A stretch of DNA of 63,423 bases, the filler included, from Globobulimina sp. (lineage: Eukaryota): the NCBI GenBank assembly GCA_003354225.1. It is 46 parts of 46 records of this genome, joined end to end, with 100 filler letters (N's around TTAATTAATTAA, not from the genome) between each part and the next. Parts side by side here need not be neighbours in the genome. Positions count along the whole stretch, not along the records: positions 62,144 to 63,423 come from PIVH01019520.1; 45 more parts are not named here. One strand, 5' to 3'. Both the position numbers and the translations under genes were made by a program. A model generated the notes under the pieces. That model was given only the letters and a program-made list of their open reading frames with translations, made no database searches and was not told where the DNA came from. Below, in pieces: positions 63,075 through 63,423 of this stretch. Position 1 is the stretch's first letter; every line of letters begins with the position of its first letter.

Positions 63075-63423
63075 ATATTCCAACAATTGCATGTCTCTCT
63101 TAACGATGAGTTTTAATAGATACCGTCTGGTCGATATTTTGTATATGATAATTGCGGGACGTAACATATATTAAAATCACACTGTGACGTTTTTGGTCTT
63201 GCTGTTATGCTTATACTGAAGAGAATGAGCGGTTTTTTATTGGCTGTTTCCAACATTTTGATTTTTTATCCATCATATTCTGCATTCATTAAACCCATTA
63301 GTTTATTGGATTTCTATTTAATATATCTTGCGTTAAGAAGATCGATATGCATTCATATTATTATTATTATTAAATAATTTATCATTTAATATATTTGAGG
63401 ATGAATCAATACAAAAAGCATCA

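Overview
This window is not one locus. It is 46 unrelated contigs of 1280-1282 bp, sorted by length and joined by an artificial 100-nt spacer (N44-TTAATTAATTAA-N44, a six-frame stop linker), so no gene neighbourhood extends across a spacer. Most contigs come from an AT-rich eukaryote with short GT-AG introns (56-101 nt), tightly packed genes, Asn homopolymers, several G-alpha, SAM and 7TM-like genes, and pseudogenes. This profile resembles a foraminiferan or other rhizarian protist (inference). Mixed in are Bacteroidota-like bacterial contigs (recO-lipB-lipA; prfB plus a lipoprotein), probable animal contigs (Polinton-type polB, ionotropic receptor-like gene, transposase relic) and several internally chimeric contigs, as expected from whole-genome-amplified single cells. 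No CRISPR array or complete multi-gene novel system is visible. The best leads are: a tRNA with a 132-nt insertion at the canonical intron site; a gene whose middle segment appears inverted beside a half tRNA; a Polinton polymerase with an apparent spliceosomal intron in its catalytic motif; a GH39-like fold with an inserted SUEL lectin; a Tudor-amine oxidase; a degenerate G-alpha; and a TA-flanked MITE. Family assignments come from motif recognition by eye, not database searches.
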